Source: Eledone cirrhosa (Eukaryota). From it: a stretch of DNA of 64,000 nucleotides. Under the pieces are notes generated by a model, which did not search any database, was not told the DNA's origin, and saw only the letters and a program-made list of their open reading frames with translations. Shown in pieces: positions 1 through 15,000 of the stretch. The stretch's first letter is position 1; each line of letters begins with the position of its first letter. Made by a program: the position numbers and the translations under genes. The stretch covers positions 4,836,001 to 4,900,000 of the forward strand of contig OZ024741.1 in the NCBI GenBank assembly GCA_964016885.1. Reading direction: 5' to 3'.

Positions 1-3000
1 CTGTAACTGTAGTTATACTGTAGCTGTAGTTATACTGTGACTGTAGTTATACTGTCACTGTAGTTATACTGTCACTGTAGCTATACTGTAGCTGTAGTTA
101 TATTGTAGCTGTAGTTATACTGTAACTGTAGTTATACTGTAGCTGTAGTTATACTCTAACTGTAGTTATACTGTGACTAGTTATACCGTGACTGTTGTTA
201 TATTGTAACTGTAGTTATACTATGACTTTAGTTATACTGTAACTGTAGTTATACTGTAACTGTAGTTATACTGTAGCTGTAGTTATGCTGTAAATGTAGA
301 TATACTGTAGCTGTATTTATACTGTGACTCTAGTTATACTGTAGCTGTAGTTATACTGTGACTGTAGTTATAATGTAGCTGTAGTTATACTGTGACTGTA
401 GTTATACTGTAGCTGTAGTTATACTGTAACTGTAGTTATACTGTGACTAGTTATACTGTAGCTGTAGTTATACTGTCACTATAGTTATACTGTCACTGTA
501 GCTATACTGTCACTATAGTAATACTGTAACTGTAGTTATACTGTAACTGTAGTTATACTTTAACTGTAGATATACTGTAGCTGTAGTTATACTGTCACTG
601 TAGCTATACTGTAGCTGTAGTTATACTGTAATTGTAGTTATACTGTAGCTGTAGTTATACTGTGTCTCTAGTTATGCTGTAACTGTAGTTATACTGTAGC
701 TGTAATTATAATGTAACTGTAGTTATACTGTAACTGTAGTTATACTGTAGCTGTAGTTATAATGTGACTGTAGTTATACTGTCACTATCGTTATGCTGTA
801 ACTGTAGTTATACTGTAGCTGTAGTTATACTGTAACTGTAGTTATACTGTGACTAGTTATACTGTAACTGTAGTTATACTGTCACTATAGTTATGCTGTC
901 ACTATAGTTATGCTGTCACTATAGTTATGCTGTAACTGTAGTTATACTGTAACTGTAGTTATACTGTGACTGTAGTTATACTTCAACTGTAGTTATACTG
1001 TAGCTGTAGTTATACTGTGACTGTAGTTATACTGTAGCTGTAGTTATACTGCAACTGTAGTTATACTGTAACTGTAGTTATACTGTAGCTGTAGTTATAC
1101 TGCAACTGTAGTTATACTGTAACTGTAGTTATACTGTAGCTGTAGTTATACTGTGACTGTAGTTATACTGTCACTGTAGTTATACTGTCACTGTAGCTAT
1201 ACTGTAGCTGTAGTTATATTGTAGCTGTAGTTATACTGTAACTGTAGTTATACTGTAGCTGTAGTTATACTCTAACTGTAGTTATACTGTGACTGTAGTT
1301 ATACCGTGACTGTTGTTATATTGTAACTGTAGTTATACTATGACTTTAGTTATACTGTAACTGTAGTTATACTGTAACTGTAGTTATACTGTAGCTGTAG
1401 TTATACTGTAAATGTAGATATACTGTAGCTGTATTTATACTGTGACTCTAGTTATACTGTAGCTGTAGTTATACTGTGACTGTAGTTATAATGTAGCTGT
1501 AGTTATACTATGACTGTAGTTATACTGTAGCTGTAGTTATACTGTAACTGTAGTTATACTGTGACTAGTTATACTGTAGCTGTAGTTATACTGTCACTGT
1601 AGCTATACTGTCACTATAGTAATACTGTAACTGTAGTTATACTGTAACTGTAGTTATACTTTAACTGTAGATATACTGTAGCTGTAGTTATACTGTCACT
1701 GTAGCTATACTGTAGCTGTAGTTATACTGTAATTGTAGTTATACTGTAGCTGTAGTTATACTGTGACTCTAGTTATGCTGTGACTCTAGTTATGCTGTAA
1801 CTGTAGTTATACTGTAGCTGTAATTATAATGTAACTGTAGTTATACTGTAGCTGTAGTTATAATGTGACTGTAGTTATACTGTCACTATCGTTATGCTGT
1901 AACTGTAGTTATACTGTAGCTGTAGTTATACTGTAACTGTAGTTATACTGTGACTAGTTATACTGTAACTGTAGTTATACTGTCACTATAGTTATGCTGT
2001 CACTATAGTTATGCTGTCACTATAGTTATGCTGTAACTGTAGTTATACTGTAACTGTAGTTATACTGTGACTGTAGTTATACTTCAACTGTAGTTATACT
2101 GTAGCTGTAGTTATACTGTGACTGTAGTTATACTGTAGCTGTAGTTATACTGCAACTGTAGTTATACTGTAGCTGTACTTATACTGTGGCTTTTATTATA
2201 CTGTAACTGTAGTTATACTGTAGCTGTAGTTATACTGCAACTGTAGTTATACTGCAACTGTAGTTATACTGTAACTGTAGTTATACTGTAGCTGTAGTTA
2301 TACTGTAGCTGTAGTTATACTTTAACTGTAGATATACTGTAGCTGTAGTTATACTGTAACTGTAGTTATACAGTAGCTGTAGTTATACTGTAACTGTAGT
2401 TATAATGTAGCTGTAGTTATAATGTAACTGTAGATATACTGTAACTGTAGTTATACTGTAACTGTAGTTATAATGTAGCTATACTGTGACTGTAGTTATA
2501 CTGTCACTGTAGCTATACTGTAGCTGTAGTTATATTGGAGCTGTAGTTATACTGTAGCTGTAGTTATACTGTAACTGTAGTTATACTCTAACTGTAGTTA
2601 TACTCTAACTGTAGTTATACTGTGACTGTAGTTATACCGTGACTGTTGTTATATTGTAACTGTAGTTATACTGTGACTTTAGTTATACTATGACTTTAGT
2701 TATACTGTAACTGTAGTTATCCTGTAACTGTAGTTATCCTGTAACTGTAGTTATACTGTAGCTGTAGTTATACTGTAAATGTAGATATACTGTAGCTGTA
2801 GTTATACTGCAACTGTAGGTATACTGTAGCTGTACTTATACTGTGGCTTTTATTATACTGTAACTGTAGTTATACTGTAACTAGTTATACTGTAGCTGTA
2901 GTTATACTGCAACTGTTGTTATACTGCAACTGTAGTTATACTGTAACTGTAGTTATACTGCAACTGTAGTTATAGTGCAACTGTAGTTATACTGTAACTG

Positions 3001-6000
3001 TAGTTATACTACAACTGTAGTTATACTGTAACTGTAGTTATACTGTAGCTGTAGTTATACTGTAGCTGTAGTTATAATGTAGCTGTAGTTATACTGTAAC
3101 TGTAGATATACTGTAGCTGTAGTTATAATGTGATTGTAGTTACACTGTAACTGTAGTTATATTGTAGCTGTAGTTATACTGTGACTCTAGTTATACTGTA
3201 ACTGTAGTTATACTGTAACTGTAGTTATACTGTAACTGTAGTTATACTATAACTGTAGTTATACTGCAACTGTAGTTATACTGTAACTGTAGTTATACTG
3301 TAACTGTAGTTATACTGCAACTGTAGTTATACTGTAACTGTAGTTATACTGTAGCTGTAGTTATACTTTAACTGTAGATATCCTGTAGTTGTAGTTATAG
3401 TGTAACTGTAGTTATAGTGTAACTGTAGTTATACTGTAGCTATAGTTATACTGTGACTCTAGTTATACTGTGACTGTAGTTATAATGTAGCTGTAGTTAT
3501 ACTGTGACTGTAGTTATACTGTAGCTGTAGTTATACTGTAACTGTAGTTATACTGTAGCTGTAGTTATACTGTCACTGTAGCTATACTGTCACTGTAGTT
3601 ATAGTGTCACTGTAGTTATACTGTAGCTGTAGTTATACTGTAACTAGTTATACTGTAACTGTAGTTATACTTTAACTGTAGATATACTGTAGCTGTAGTT
3701 ATACTGTCACTGTAGCTGTAGTTATACTGTAATTGTAGTTATACTGTAGCTGTAGTTATACTGTGACTCTAGTTATGCTGTAACTGTAGTTATACTGTAG
3801 CTGTAATTATAATGTAACTGTAGTTATACTGTAACTGTAGATATACTGTAACTGTAGTTATACTGTAGCTGTAGTTATACTGTGACTGTAGTTATACTGT
3901 CACTATAGTTATGCTGTAACTGTAGTTATACTGTAGCTGTAATTATACTGTAACTGTAGTTATACTGTGACTGTAGTTATACTGTGACTAGTTATACTGT
4001 AACTGTAGTTATACTGTCACTATAGTTATGCTGTAACTGTAGTTATACTGTAACTGTAGTTATACTGTAGCTGTAGTTATACTGTGACTGTAGTTATACT
4101 GTAACTGTAGTTATACTTCAACTGTAGTTATACTGTAACTAGTTATGGTGTAACTGTAGTTATACTGTAACTGTAGTTATACTTCAACTGTAGTTATACT
4201 GTACCTGTAGTTATACTGCAACTGTAGCTGTAGTTATACTGTAGCTGTAGTTATACTGTAGCTGTAGTTATACTGTAACTGTAGTTATACTTCAACTGTA
4301 GTTATACTGTAACTGTAGTTATACTGCAACTGTAGTTATACTGTAACCGTAGTTATACTGTAACTGTAGTTATACTGCAACTGTAGTTATACTGCAACTG
4401 TAGTTATACTGCAACTGTAGTTATACTGCAACTGTAGTTATACTGTAGCTGTAGTTATACTGTAGCTGTAGCTATACTGTAGCTGTAGTTATACTGTGAC
4501 TGTAGTTATACTGTAGCTGTAGTTATACTGTAACTGTAGTTATACTGTAGCTGTAGTTATACTGTGACTGTAGTTATACTGTAACTGTAGTTATACTGTG
4601 ACTGTAGTTATACTTCAACTGTAGTTATACTGTAGCTGTAGTTATACTGTAACTGTAGTTATACTGCAACTGTAGTTATACTGTAACTGTAGTTATACTG
4701 TAACTGTAGTTATACTGCGACTGTAGTTATACTGTAACTGTAGTTATACTGTAACTGTAGTTATACTGCAACTGTAGTTATACTGTAACTGTAGTTATAC
4801 TGTAACTGTAGTTATACTGTAACTGTAGTTATACTGCAACTGTAGTTATACTGTAACTGTAGTTATACTGTAGCTGTAGTTATACTGTGACTGTAGTTAT
4901 ACTGTCACTGTAGTTATACTGTCACTGTAGCTATACTGTAGCTGTAGTTATATTGTAGCTGTAGTTATACTGTAACTGTAGTTATACTGTAGCTGTAGTT
5001 ATACTCTAACTGTAGTTATACTGTGACTGTAGTTATACCGTGACTGTTGTTATATTGTAACTGTAGTTATACTATGACTTTAGTTATACTGTAACTGTAG
5101 TTATACTGTAACTGTAGTTATACTGTAGCTGTAGTTATACTGTAAATGTAGATATACTGTAGCTGTATTTATACTGTGACTCTAGTTATACTGTAGCTGT
5201 AGTTATACTGTGACTGTAGTTATAATGTAGCTGTAGTTATACTGTGACTGTAGTTATACTGTAGCTGTAGTTATACTGTAACTGTAGTTATACTGTGACT
5301 AGTTATACTGTAGCTGTAGTTATACTGTCACTATAGTTATACTGTCACTGTAGCTATACTGTCACTATAGTAATACTGTAACTGTAGTTATACTGTAACT
5401 GTAGTTATACTTTAACTGTAGATATACTGTAGCTGTAGTTATACTGTCACTGTAGCTATACTGTAGCTGTAGTTATACTGTAATTGTAGTTATACTGTAG
5501 CTGTAGTTATACTGTGACTCTAGTTATGCTGTAACTGTAGTTATACTGTAGCTGTAATTATAATGTAACTGTAGTTATACTGTAACTGTAGTTATACTGT
5601 AGCTGTAGTTATAATGTGACTGTAGTTATACTGTCACTATCGTTATGCTGTAACTGTAGTTATACTGTAGCTGTAGTTATACTGTAACTGTAGTTATACT
5701 GTCACTATAGTTATGCTGTCACTATAGTTATGCTGTCACTATAGTTATGCTGTAACTGTAGTTATACTGTAACTGTAGTTATACTGTGACTGTAGTTATA
5801 CTTCAACTGTAGTTATACTGTAGCTGTAGTTATACTGTGACTGTAGTTATACTGTAGCTGTAGTTATACTGCAACTGTAGTTATACTGTAGCTGTACTTA
5901 TACTGTGGCTTTTATTATACTGTAACTGTAGTTATACTGTAGCTGTAGTTATACTGCAACTGTAGTTATACTGCAACTGTAGTTATACTGTAACTGTAGT

Positions 6001-9000
6001 TATACTGTAGCTGTAGTTATACTGTAGCTGTAGTTATACTTTAACTGTAGATATACTGTAGCTGTAGTTATACTGTAACTGTAGTTATACAGTAGCTGTA
6101 GTTATACTGTAACTGTAGTTATAATGTAGCTGTAGTTATACTGTAACTGTAGATATACTGTAACTGTAGTTATACTGTAACTGTAGTTATAATGTAGCTG
6201 TAGTTATACTGTAACTGTAGATATACTGTAACTGTAGTTATACTGTAGCTGTAGTTATAATGTGATTTTAGTTACACTGTAACTGTAGTTATACTGTAAC
6301 TGTAGTTATACTGTAGCTGTAGTTATACTGTGACTCTAGTTATACTGTAACTGTAGTTATACTGCAACTGTAGTTATACTGTAACTGTAGTTATACTGTA
6401 ACTGTAGTTATACTGCAACTGTAGTTATACTGCAACTGTAGTTATACTGCAACTGTTGTTATACTGTAACTAGTTATACTGTAGCTGTAGTTATACTTTA
6501 ACTGTAGATATCCTGTAGCTGTAGTTATAGTGTAACTGTAGTTATACTGTAGCTATAGTTATACTTCAACTGTAGTTATACTGTAGCTGTAGTTATACTG
6601 TGACTGTAGTTATACTGTAGCTGTAGTTATACTGCAACTGTAGTTATACTGTAGCTGTACTTATACTGTGGCTTTTATTATACTGTAGCTGTAGTTATAC
6701 TGCAACTGTAGTTATACTGCAACTGTAGTTATACTGTAACTGTAGTTATACTGTAGCTGTAGTTATACTGTAGCTGTAGTTATACTTTAACTGTAGATAT
6801 ACTGTAGCTGTAGTTATACTGTAACTGTAGTTATACAGTAGCTGTAGTTATACTGTAACTGTAGTTATAATGTAGCTGTAGTTATACTGTAACTGTAGAT
6901 ATACTGTAACTGTAGTTATACTGTAACTGTAGTTATAATGTAGCTGTAGTTATACTGTAACTGTAGATATACTGTAACTGTAGTTATACTGTAGCTGTAG
7001 TTATAATGTGATTGTAGTTACACTGTAACTGTAGTTATACTGTAACTGTAGTTATACTGTAGCTGTAGTTATACTGTGACTCTAGTTATACTGTAACTGT
7101 AGTTATACTGCAACTGTAGTTATACTGTAACTGTAGTTATACTGTAACTGTAGTTATACTGCAACTGTAGTTATACTGCAACTGTAGTTATACTGCAACT
7201 GTTGTTATACTGTAACTAGTTATACTGTAGCTGTAGTTATACTTTAACTGTAGATATCCTGTAGCTGTAGTTATAGTGTAACTGTAGTTATACTGTAGCT
7301 ATAGTTATACTGTGACTCTAGTTATACTGTAGCTGTAGTTATACTGTGACTGTAGTTATAATGTAGCTGTAGTTATACTGTGACTGTAGTTATACTGTAG
7401 CTGTAGTTATACTGTAACTGTAGTTATACTGTGACTGTTATACTGTAGCTGTAGTTATACTGTCACTGTAGTAATACTGTAACTGTAGTTATACTGTAGC
7501 TGTAGTTATACTGTAACTGTAGTTATACTGTAACTAGTTATACTGTAACTGTAGATATACTGTAGCTGTAGTTATACTGTCACTGTAGCTATACTGTAGC
7601 TGTAGTTATACTGTAATTGTAGTTATACTGTAGCTATAGTTATACTGTAACTGTAGTTATACTGTGACTTTAGTTATACTGTGACTAGTTATACTGTAAC
7701 TGTAGTTATACTGTGACTGTAGTTATACTGTCACTATAGTTATGCTGTAACTGTAGTTATACTGTAACTGTAGTTATACTGTAGCTGTAGTTATACTGTA
7801 ACTGTAGTTATACTTCAACTGTAGTTTTACCGTAGCTGTAGTTATACTGTAACTGTAGTTATACTGTGACTAGTTATACTGTAACTGTAGTTATACTGTA
7901 GCTGTAGTTATACTGTAGCTGTAGTTATACTGTAGCTGTAGTTATACTGCAACTGTAGTTATACTGTAACTGTAGTTATACTGCAACTGTAGTTATACTG
8001 TAACCGTAGTTATACTGTAACTGTAGTTATACTGCAACTGTAGTTATACTGTAACTGTAGTTATACTGTAACTGTAGTTATACTGTAGCTGTAGTTATAC
8101 TGTAGCTGTAGTTATACTGTGACTGTAGTTATACTGTGACTAGTTATACTGTAACTGTAGTTATACTGTGACTGTAGTTATACTGTAGCTGTAGTTATAC
8201 TGCAACTGTAGTTATACTGTAGCTGTAGTTATACTGTAGCTGTAGTTATACTGCAACTGTAGTTATACTGCAACTGTATTTATACTGCAACTGTAGTTAT
8301 ATTGCAGCTGTAGTTATACTGTAGCTGTAGTTATACTGTAGCTGTAGTTATACTGTAACTGTAGTTATACTGTAACTGTAGTTATACTGTAACTGTAGTT
8401 ATACTGTAACTGTAGTTATACTGTAACTGTAGTTATACTGTAACTGTAGTTATAGTGTAGCTGTAGTTATACTGTAACTGTAGTTATACTGTGACTGTAG
8501 TTATACTGTGACTGTAGTTATACTGTAACTGTAGTTATACTGTAACTGTAGTTACACTGTAACTGTAGTTACACTGTAGCTGTAGTTATACTGTAACTGT
8601 AGTTATACTGTAACTGTAGTTATACTGTAACTGAAGTTATACTGTAGCTGTAGTTATACTGTAACTGTAGTTATACTGTAACTGTAGTTATACTGTAGCT
8701 GTAGTTATACTGTAACTGTAGTTATACTGTAGCTGTAGTTATACTGTAACTGTAGTTATACTGTAACTGTAGTTATACTGTAACTGTAGTTATACTGTAA
8801 CTGTAGTTATACTGTAGCTGTAGTTATACTGTAACTGTAGTTACACTGTAACTGTAGTTATACTCTAGCTGTAGTTATACTGTAACTGTAGTTATACTGT
8901 AACTGTAGTTATACTGTGACTGTAGTTATACTGTAACTGTAGTTATACTCTAGCTGTAGTTATACTGTAACTGTAGTTATACTGTAACTGTAGTTATACT

Positions 9001-12000
9001 GTAGCTGTAGTTATACTGTAGCTGTAGTTACACTGTAACTGTAGTTATACTGTAACTGTAGTTATACTGTAACTGTAGTTATACTGTAACTGTAGTTATA
9101 CTGTAACTGTAGTTATACTGTAACTGTAGTTATACTGTAACTGTAGTCATACTGTAGCTGTAGTCATACTGTGACTGTAGTTATACTGTAACTGTAGTTA
9201 TACTGTAGCTGTAGTTATACTGTGACTGTAGTTATACTGTAACTGTAGTCATACTGTGACTGTAGTTATACTTCAACTGTAGTTATACTGTAACTGTAGT
9301 CATACTGTGACTGTAGTTATACTGTAACTGTAGTTATACTGTAACTGTCGTTATACTGTAGCTGTAGTTATACTGTGACTGTAGTTATACTGTAACTGTA
9401 GTTATACTGTAACTGTCGTTATACTGTAGCTGTAGCTATTTTTATATTGACTGTAGTTATACTGTAACTGTAGTTATACTGTAACTGTAGTTATACTGTA
9501 GCTGTAGTTATACTGTAACTGTAGTTATACTGTAACTGTAGTCATACTGTAGCTGTAGTTATACTGTGACTGTAGTTATACTTCAACTGTAGTTATACTG
9601 TAACTGTAGTTATACTGTAACTGTAGTTATACTGTAACTGTAGTCATACTGTAGCTGTAGTTATACTGTGACTGTAGTTATACTGTAACTGTAGTTATAC
9701 TGTAACTGTCGTTATACTGTAGCTGTAGTTATACTGTAGCTGTAGTTATACTGTAGCTGTAGTTATACTGTGACTGTAGTTATACTGTAACTGTAGTTAT
9801 ACTGTAACTGTAGTTATACTGTGACTGTAGTTATACTGTAACTGTAGTTATACTGTAGCTGTAGTTATACTGTAGCTGTAGTTATACTGTAACTGTAGTT
9901 ATACTGTGACTAGTTATACTGTAGCTGTAGTTATACTGTCACTGTAGCTATACTGTCACTGTAGTTATAGTGTCACTGTAGTTATACTGTCACTATAGTA
10001 ATACTGTAGCTGTAGTTATACTGTAACTGTAGTTATACTGTAACTAGTTATACTGTAACTGTAGTTATACTTTAACTGTAGATATACTGTAGCTGTAGTT
10101 ATACTGTCACTGTAGCTGTAGTTATACTGTAATTGTAGTTATACTGTAGCTGTAGTTATACTGTGACTGTAGTTATACTGTAGCTGTAATTATAATGTAA
10201 CTGTAGTTATACTGTAACTGTAGATATACTGTAACTGTAGTTATACTGTAGCTGTAGTTATACTGTGACTGTAGTTATACTGTCACTATAGTTATGCTGT
10301 AACTGTAGTTATACTGTAGCTGTAGTTATACTGTAGCTGTAATTATACTGTAACTGTAGTTATACTGTGACTGTAGTTATACTGTGACTAGTTATACTGT
10401 AACTGTAGTTATACTGTCACTATAGTTATGCTGTAACTGTAGTTATACTGTAACTGTAGTTATACTGTAACTGTAGTTATACTGTAACTGTAGTTATACT
10501 GCGACTGTAGTTATACTGTAACTGTAGTTATACTGTAACTGTAGTTATACTGCAACTGTAGTTATACTGTAACTGTAGTTATACTGTAACTGTAGTTATA
10601 CTGTAACTGTAGTTATACTGCAACTGTAGTTATACTGTAACTGTAGTTATACTGTAGCTGTAGTTATACTGTGACTGTAGTTATACTGTCACTGTAGTTA
10701 TACTGTCACTGTAGCTATACTGTAGCTGTAGTTATATTGTAGCTGTAGTTATACTGTAACTGTAGTTATACTGTAGCTGTAGTTATACTCTAACTGTAGT
10801 TATACTGTGACTGTAGTTATACCGTGACTGTTGTTATATTGTAACTGTAGTTATACTATGACTTTAGTTATACTGTAACTGTAGTTATACTGTAACTGTA
10901 GTTATACTGTAGCTGTAGTTATGCTGTAAATGTAGATATACTGTAGCTGTATTTATACTGTGACTCTAGTTATACTGTAGCTGTAGTTATACTGTGACTG
11001 TAGTTATAATGTAGCTGTAGTTATACTGTGACTGTAGTTATACTGTAGCTGTAGTTATACTGTAACTGTAGTTATACTGTGACTAGTTATACTGTAGCTG
11101 TAGTTATACTGTCACTATAGTTATACTGTCACTGTAGCTATACTGTCACTATAGTAATACTGTAACTGTAGTTATACTGTAACTGTAGTTATACTTTAAC
11201 TGTAGATATACTGTAGCTGTAGTTATACTGTCACTGTAGCTATACTGTAGCTGTAGTTATACTGTAATTGTAGTTATACTGTAGCTGTAGTTATACTGTG
11301 TCTCTAGTTATGCTGTAACTGTAGTTATACTGTAGCTGTAATTATAATGTAACTGTAGTTATACTGTAACTGTAGTTATACTGTAGCTGTAGTTATAATG
11401 TGACTGTAGTTATACTGTCACTATCGTTATGCTGTAACTGTAGTTATACTGTAGCTGTAGTTATACTGTAACTGTAGTTATACTGTGACTAGTTATACTG
11501 TAACTGTAGTTATACTGTCACTATAGTTATGCTGTCACTATAGTTATGCTGTCACTATAGTTATGCTGTAACTGTAGTTATACTGTAACTGTAGTTATAC
11601 TGTGACTGTAGTTATACTTCAACTGTAGTTATACTGTAGCTGTAGTTATACTGTGACTGTAGTTATACTGTAGCTGTAGTTATACTGCAACTGTAGTTAT
11701 ACTGTAGCTGTACTTATACTGTGGCTTTTATTATACTGTAACTGTAGTTATACTGTAGCTGTAGTTATACTGCAACTGTAGTTATACTGCAACTGTAGTT
11801 ATACTGTAACTGTAGTTATACTGTAGCTGTAGTTATACTGTAGCTGTAGTTATACTTTAACTGTAGATATACTGTAGCTGTAGTTATACTGTAACTGTAG
11901 TTATACAGTAGCTGTAGTTATACTGTAACTGTAGTTATAATGTAGCTGTAGTTATACTGTAACTGTAGATATACTGTAACTGTAGTTATACTGTAACTGT

Positions 12001-15000
12001 AGTTATAATGTAGCTGTAGTTATACTGTAACTGTAGATATACTGTAACTGTAGTTATACTGTAGCTGTAGTTATAATGTGATTGTAGTTACACTGTAACT
12101 GTAGTTATACTGTAACTGTAGTTATACTGTAGCTGTAGTTATACTGTGACTCTAGTTATACTGTAACTGTAGTTATACTGCAACTGTAGTTATACTGTAA
12201 CTGTAGTTATACTGTAACTGTAGTTATACTGCAACTGTAGTTATACTGCAACTGTAGTTATACTGCAACTGTTGTTATACTGTAACTAGTTATACTGTAG
12301 CTGTAGTTATACTTTAACTGTAGATATCCTGTAGCTGTAGTTATAGTGTAACTGTAGTTATACTGTAGCTATAGTTATACTTCAACTGTAGTTATACTGT
12401 AGCTGTAGTTATACTGTGACTGTAGTTATACTGTAGCTGTAGTTATACTGCAACTGTAGTTATACTGTAGCTGTACTTATACTGTGGCTTTTATTATACT
12501 GTAACTGTAGTTATACTGTAGCTGTAGTTATACTGCAACTGTAGTTATACTGCAACTGTAGTTATACTGTAACTGTAGTTATACTGTAGCTGTAGTTATA
12601 CTGTAGCTGTAGTTATACTTTAACTGTAGATATACTGTAGCTGTAGTTATACTGTAACTGTAGTTATACAGTAGCTGTAGTTATACTGTAACTGTAGTTA
12701 TAATGTAGCTGTAGTTATACTGTAACTGTAGATATACTGTAACTGTAGTTATACTGTAACTGTAGTTATAATGTAGCTGTAGTTATACTGTAACTGTAGA
12801 TATACTGTAACTGTAGTTATACTGTAGCTGTAGTTATAATGTGATTGTAGTTACACTGTAACTGTAGTTATACTGTAACTGTAGTTATACTGTAGCTGTA
12901 GTTATACTGTGACTCTAGTTATACTGTAACTGTAGTTATACTGCAACTGTAGTTATACTGTAACTGTAGTTATACTGTAACTGTAGTTATACTGCAACTG
13001 TAGTTATACTGCAACTGTAGTTATACTGCAACTGTTGTTATACTGTAACTAGTTATACTGTAGCTGTAGTTATACTTTAACTGTAGATATCCTGTAGCTG
13101 TAGTTATAGTGTAACTGTAGTTATACTGTAGCTATAGTTATACTGTGACTCTAGTTATACTGTAGCTGTAGTTATACTGTGACTGTAGTTATAATGTAGC
13201 TGTAGTTATACTGTGACTGTAGTTATACTGTAGCTGTAGTTATACTGTAACTGTAGTTATACTTTGACTGTTATACTGTAGCTGTAGTTATACTGTCACT
13301 GTAGTAATACTGTAACTGTAGTTATACTGTAGCTGTAGTTATACTGTAACTGTAGTTATACTGTAACTAGTTATACTGTAACTGTAGATATACTGTAGCT
13401 GTAGTTATACTGTCACTGTAGCTATACTGTAGCTGTCGTTATACTGTAATTGTAGTTATACTGTAGCTATAGTTATACTGTAACTGTAGTTATACTGTGA
13501 CTTTAGTTATACTGTGACTAGTTATACTGTAACTGTAGTTATACTGTGACTGTAGTTATACTGTCACTATAGTTATGCTGTAACTGTAGTTATACTGTAA
13601 CTGTAGTTATACTGTAGCTGTAGTTATACTGTAACTGTAGTTATACTTCAACTGTAGTTTTACCGTAGCTGTAGTTATACTGTAACTGTAGTTATACTGT
13701 GACTAGTTATACTGTAACTGTAGTTATACTGTAGCTGTAGTTATACTGCAACTGTAGTTATACTGTAGCTGTAGTTATACTGTAGCTGTAGTTATACTGC
13801 AACTGTAGTTATACTGTAACTGTAGTTATACTGCAACTGTAGTTATACTGTAACCGTAGTTATACTGTAACTGTAGTTATACTGCAACTGTAGTTATACT
13901 GTAACTGTAGTTATACTGTAACTGTAGTTATACTGTAGCTGTAGTTATACTGTAGCTGTAGTTATACTGTGACTGTAGTTATACTGTGACTAGTTATACT
14001 GTAACTGTAGTTATACTGTGACTGTAGTTATACTGTAGCTGTAGTTATACTGCAACTGTAGTTATACTGTAGCTGTAGTTATACTGTAGCTGTAGTTATA
14101 CTGCAACTGTAGTTATACTGCAACTGTAGTTATACTGCAACTGTAGTTATATTGCAGCTGTAGTTATACTGTAGCTGTAGTTATACTGTAGCTGTAGTTA
14201 TACTGTAACTGTAGTTATACTGTAACTGTAGTTATACTGTAACTGTAGTTATACTGTAACTGTAGTTATACTGTAACTGTAGTTATACTGTAACTGTAGT
14301 TATACTGTAGCTGTAGTTATACTGTAACTGTAGTTATACTGTGACTGTAGTTATACTGTGACTGTAGTTATACTGTAACTGTAGTTATACTGTAACTGTA
14401 GTTACACTGTAACTGTAGTTACACTGTAGCTGTAGTTATACTGTAACTGTAGTTATACTGTAACTGTAGTTATACTGTAACTGTAGTTATACTGTAGCTG
14501 TAGTTATACTGTAACTGTAGTTATACTGTAACTGTAGTTATACTGTAGCTGTAGTTATACTGTAACTGTAGTTATACTGTAGCTGTAGTTATACTGTAAC
14601 TGTAGTTATACTGTAACTGTAGTTATACTGTAACTGTAGTTATACTGTAACTGTAGTTATACTGTAGCTGTAGTTATACTGTAACTGTAGTTACACTGTA
14701 ACTGTAGTTATACTCTAGCTGTAGTTATACTGTAACTGTAGTTATACTGTAACTGTAGTTATACTGTAACTGTAGTTATACTGTAACTGTAGTTATACTC
14801 TAGCTGTAGTTATACTGTAACTGTAGTTATACTGTAACTGTAGTTATACTGTAGCTGTAGTTATACTGTAGCTGTAGTTACACTGTAACTGTAGTTATAC
14901 TGTAACTGTAGTTATACTGTAACTGTAGTTATACTGTAACTGTAGTTATACTGTAACTGTAGTTATACTGTAACTGTAGTTATACTGTAACTGTAGTCAT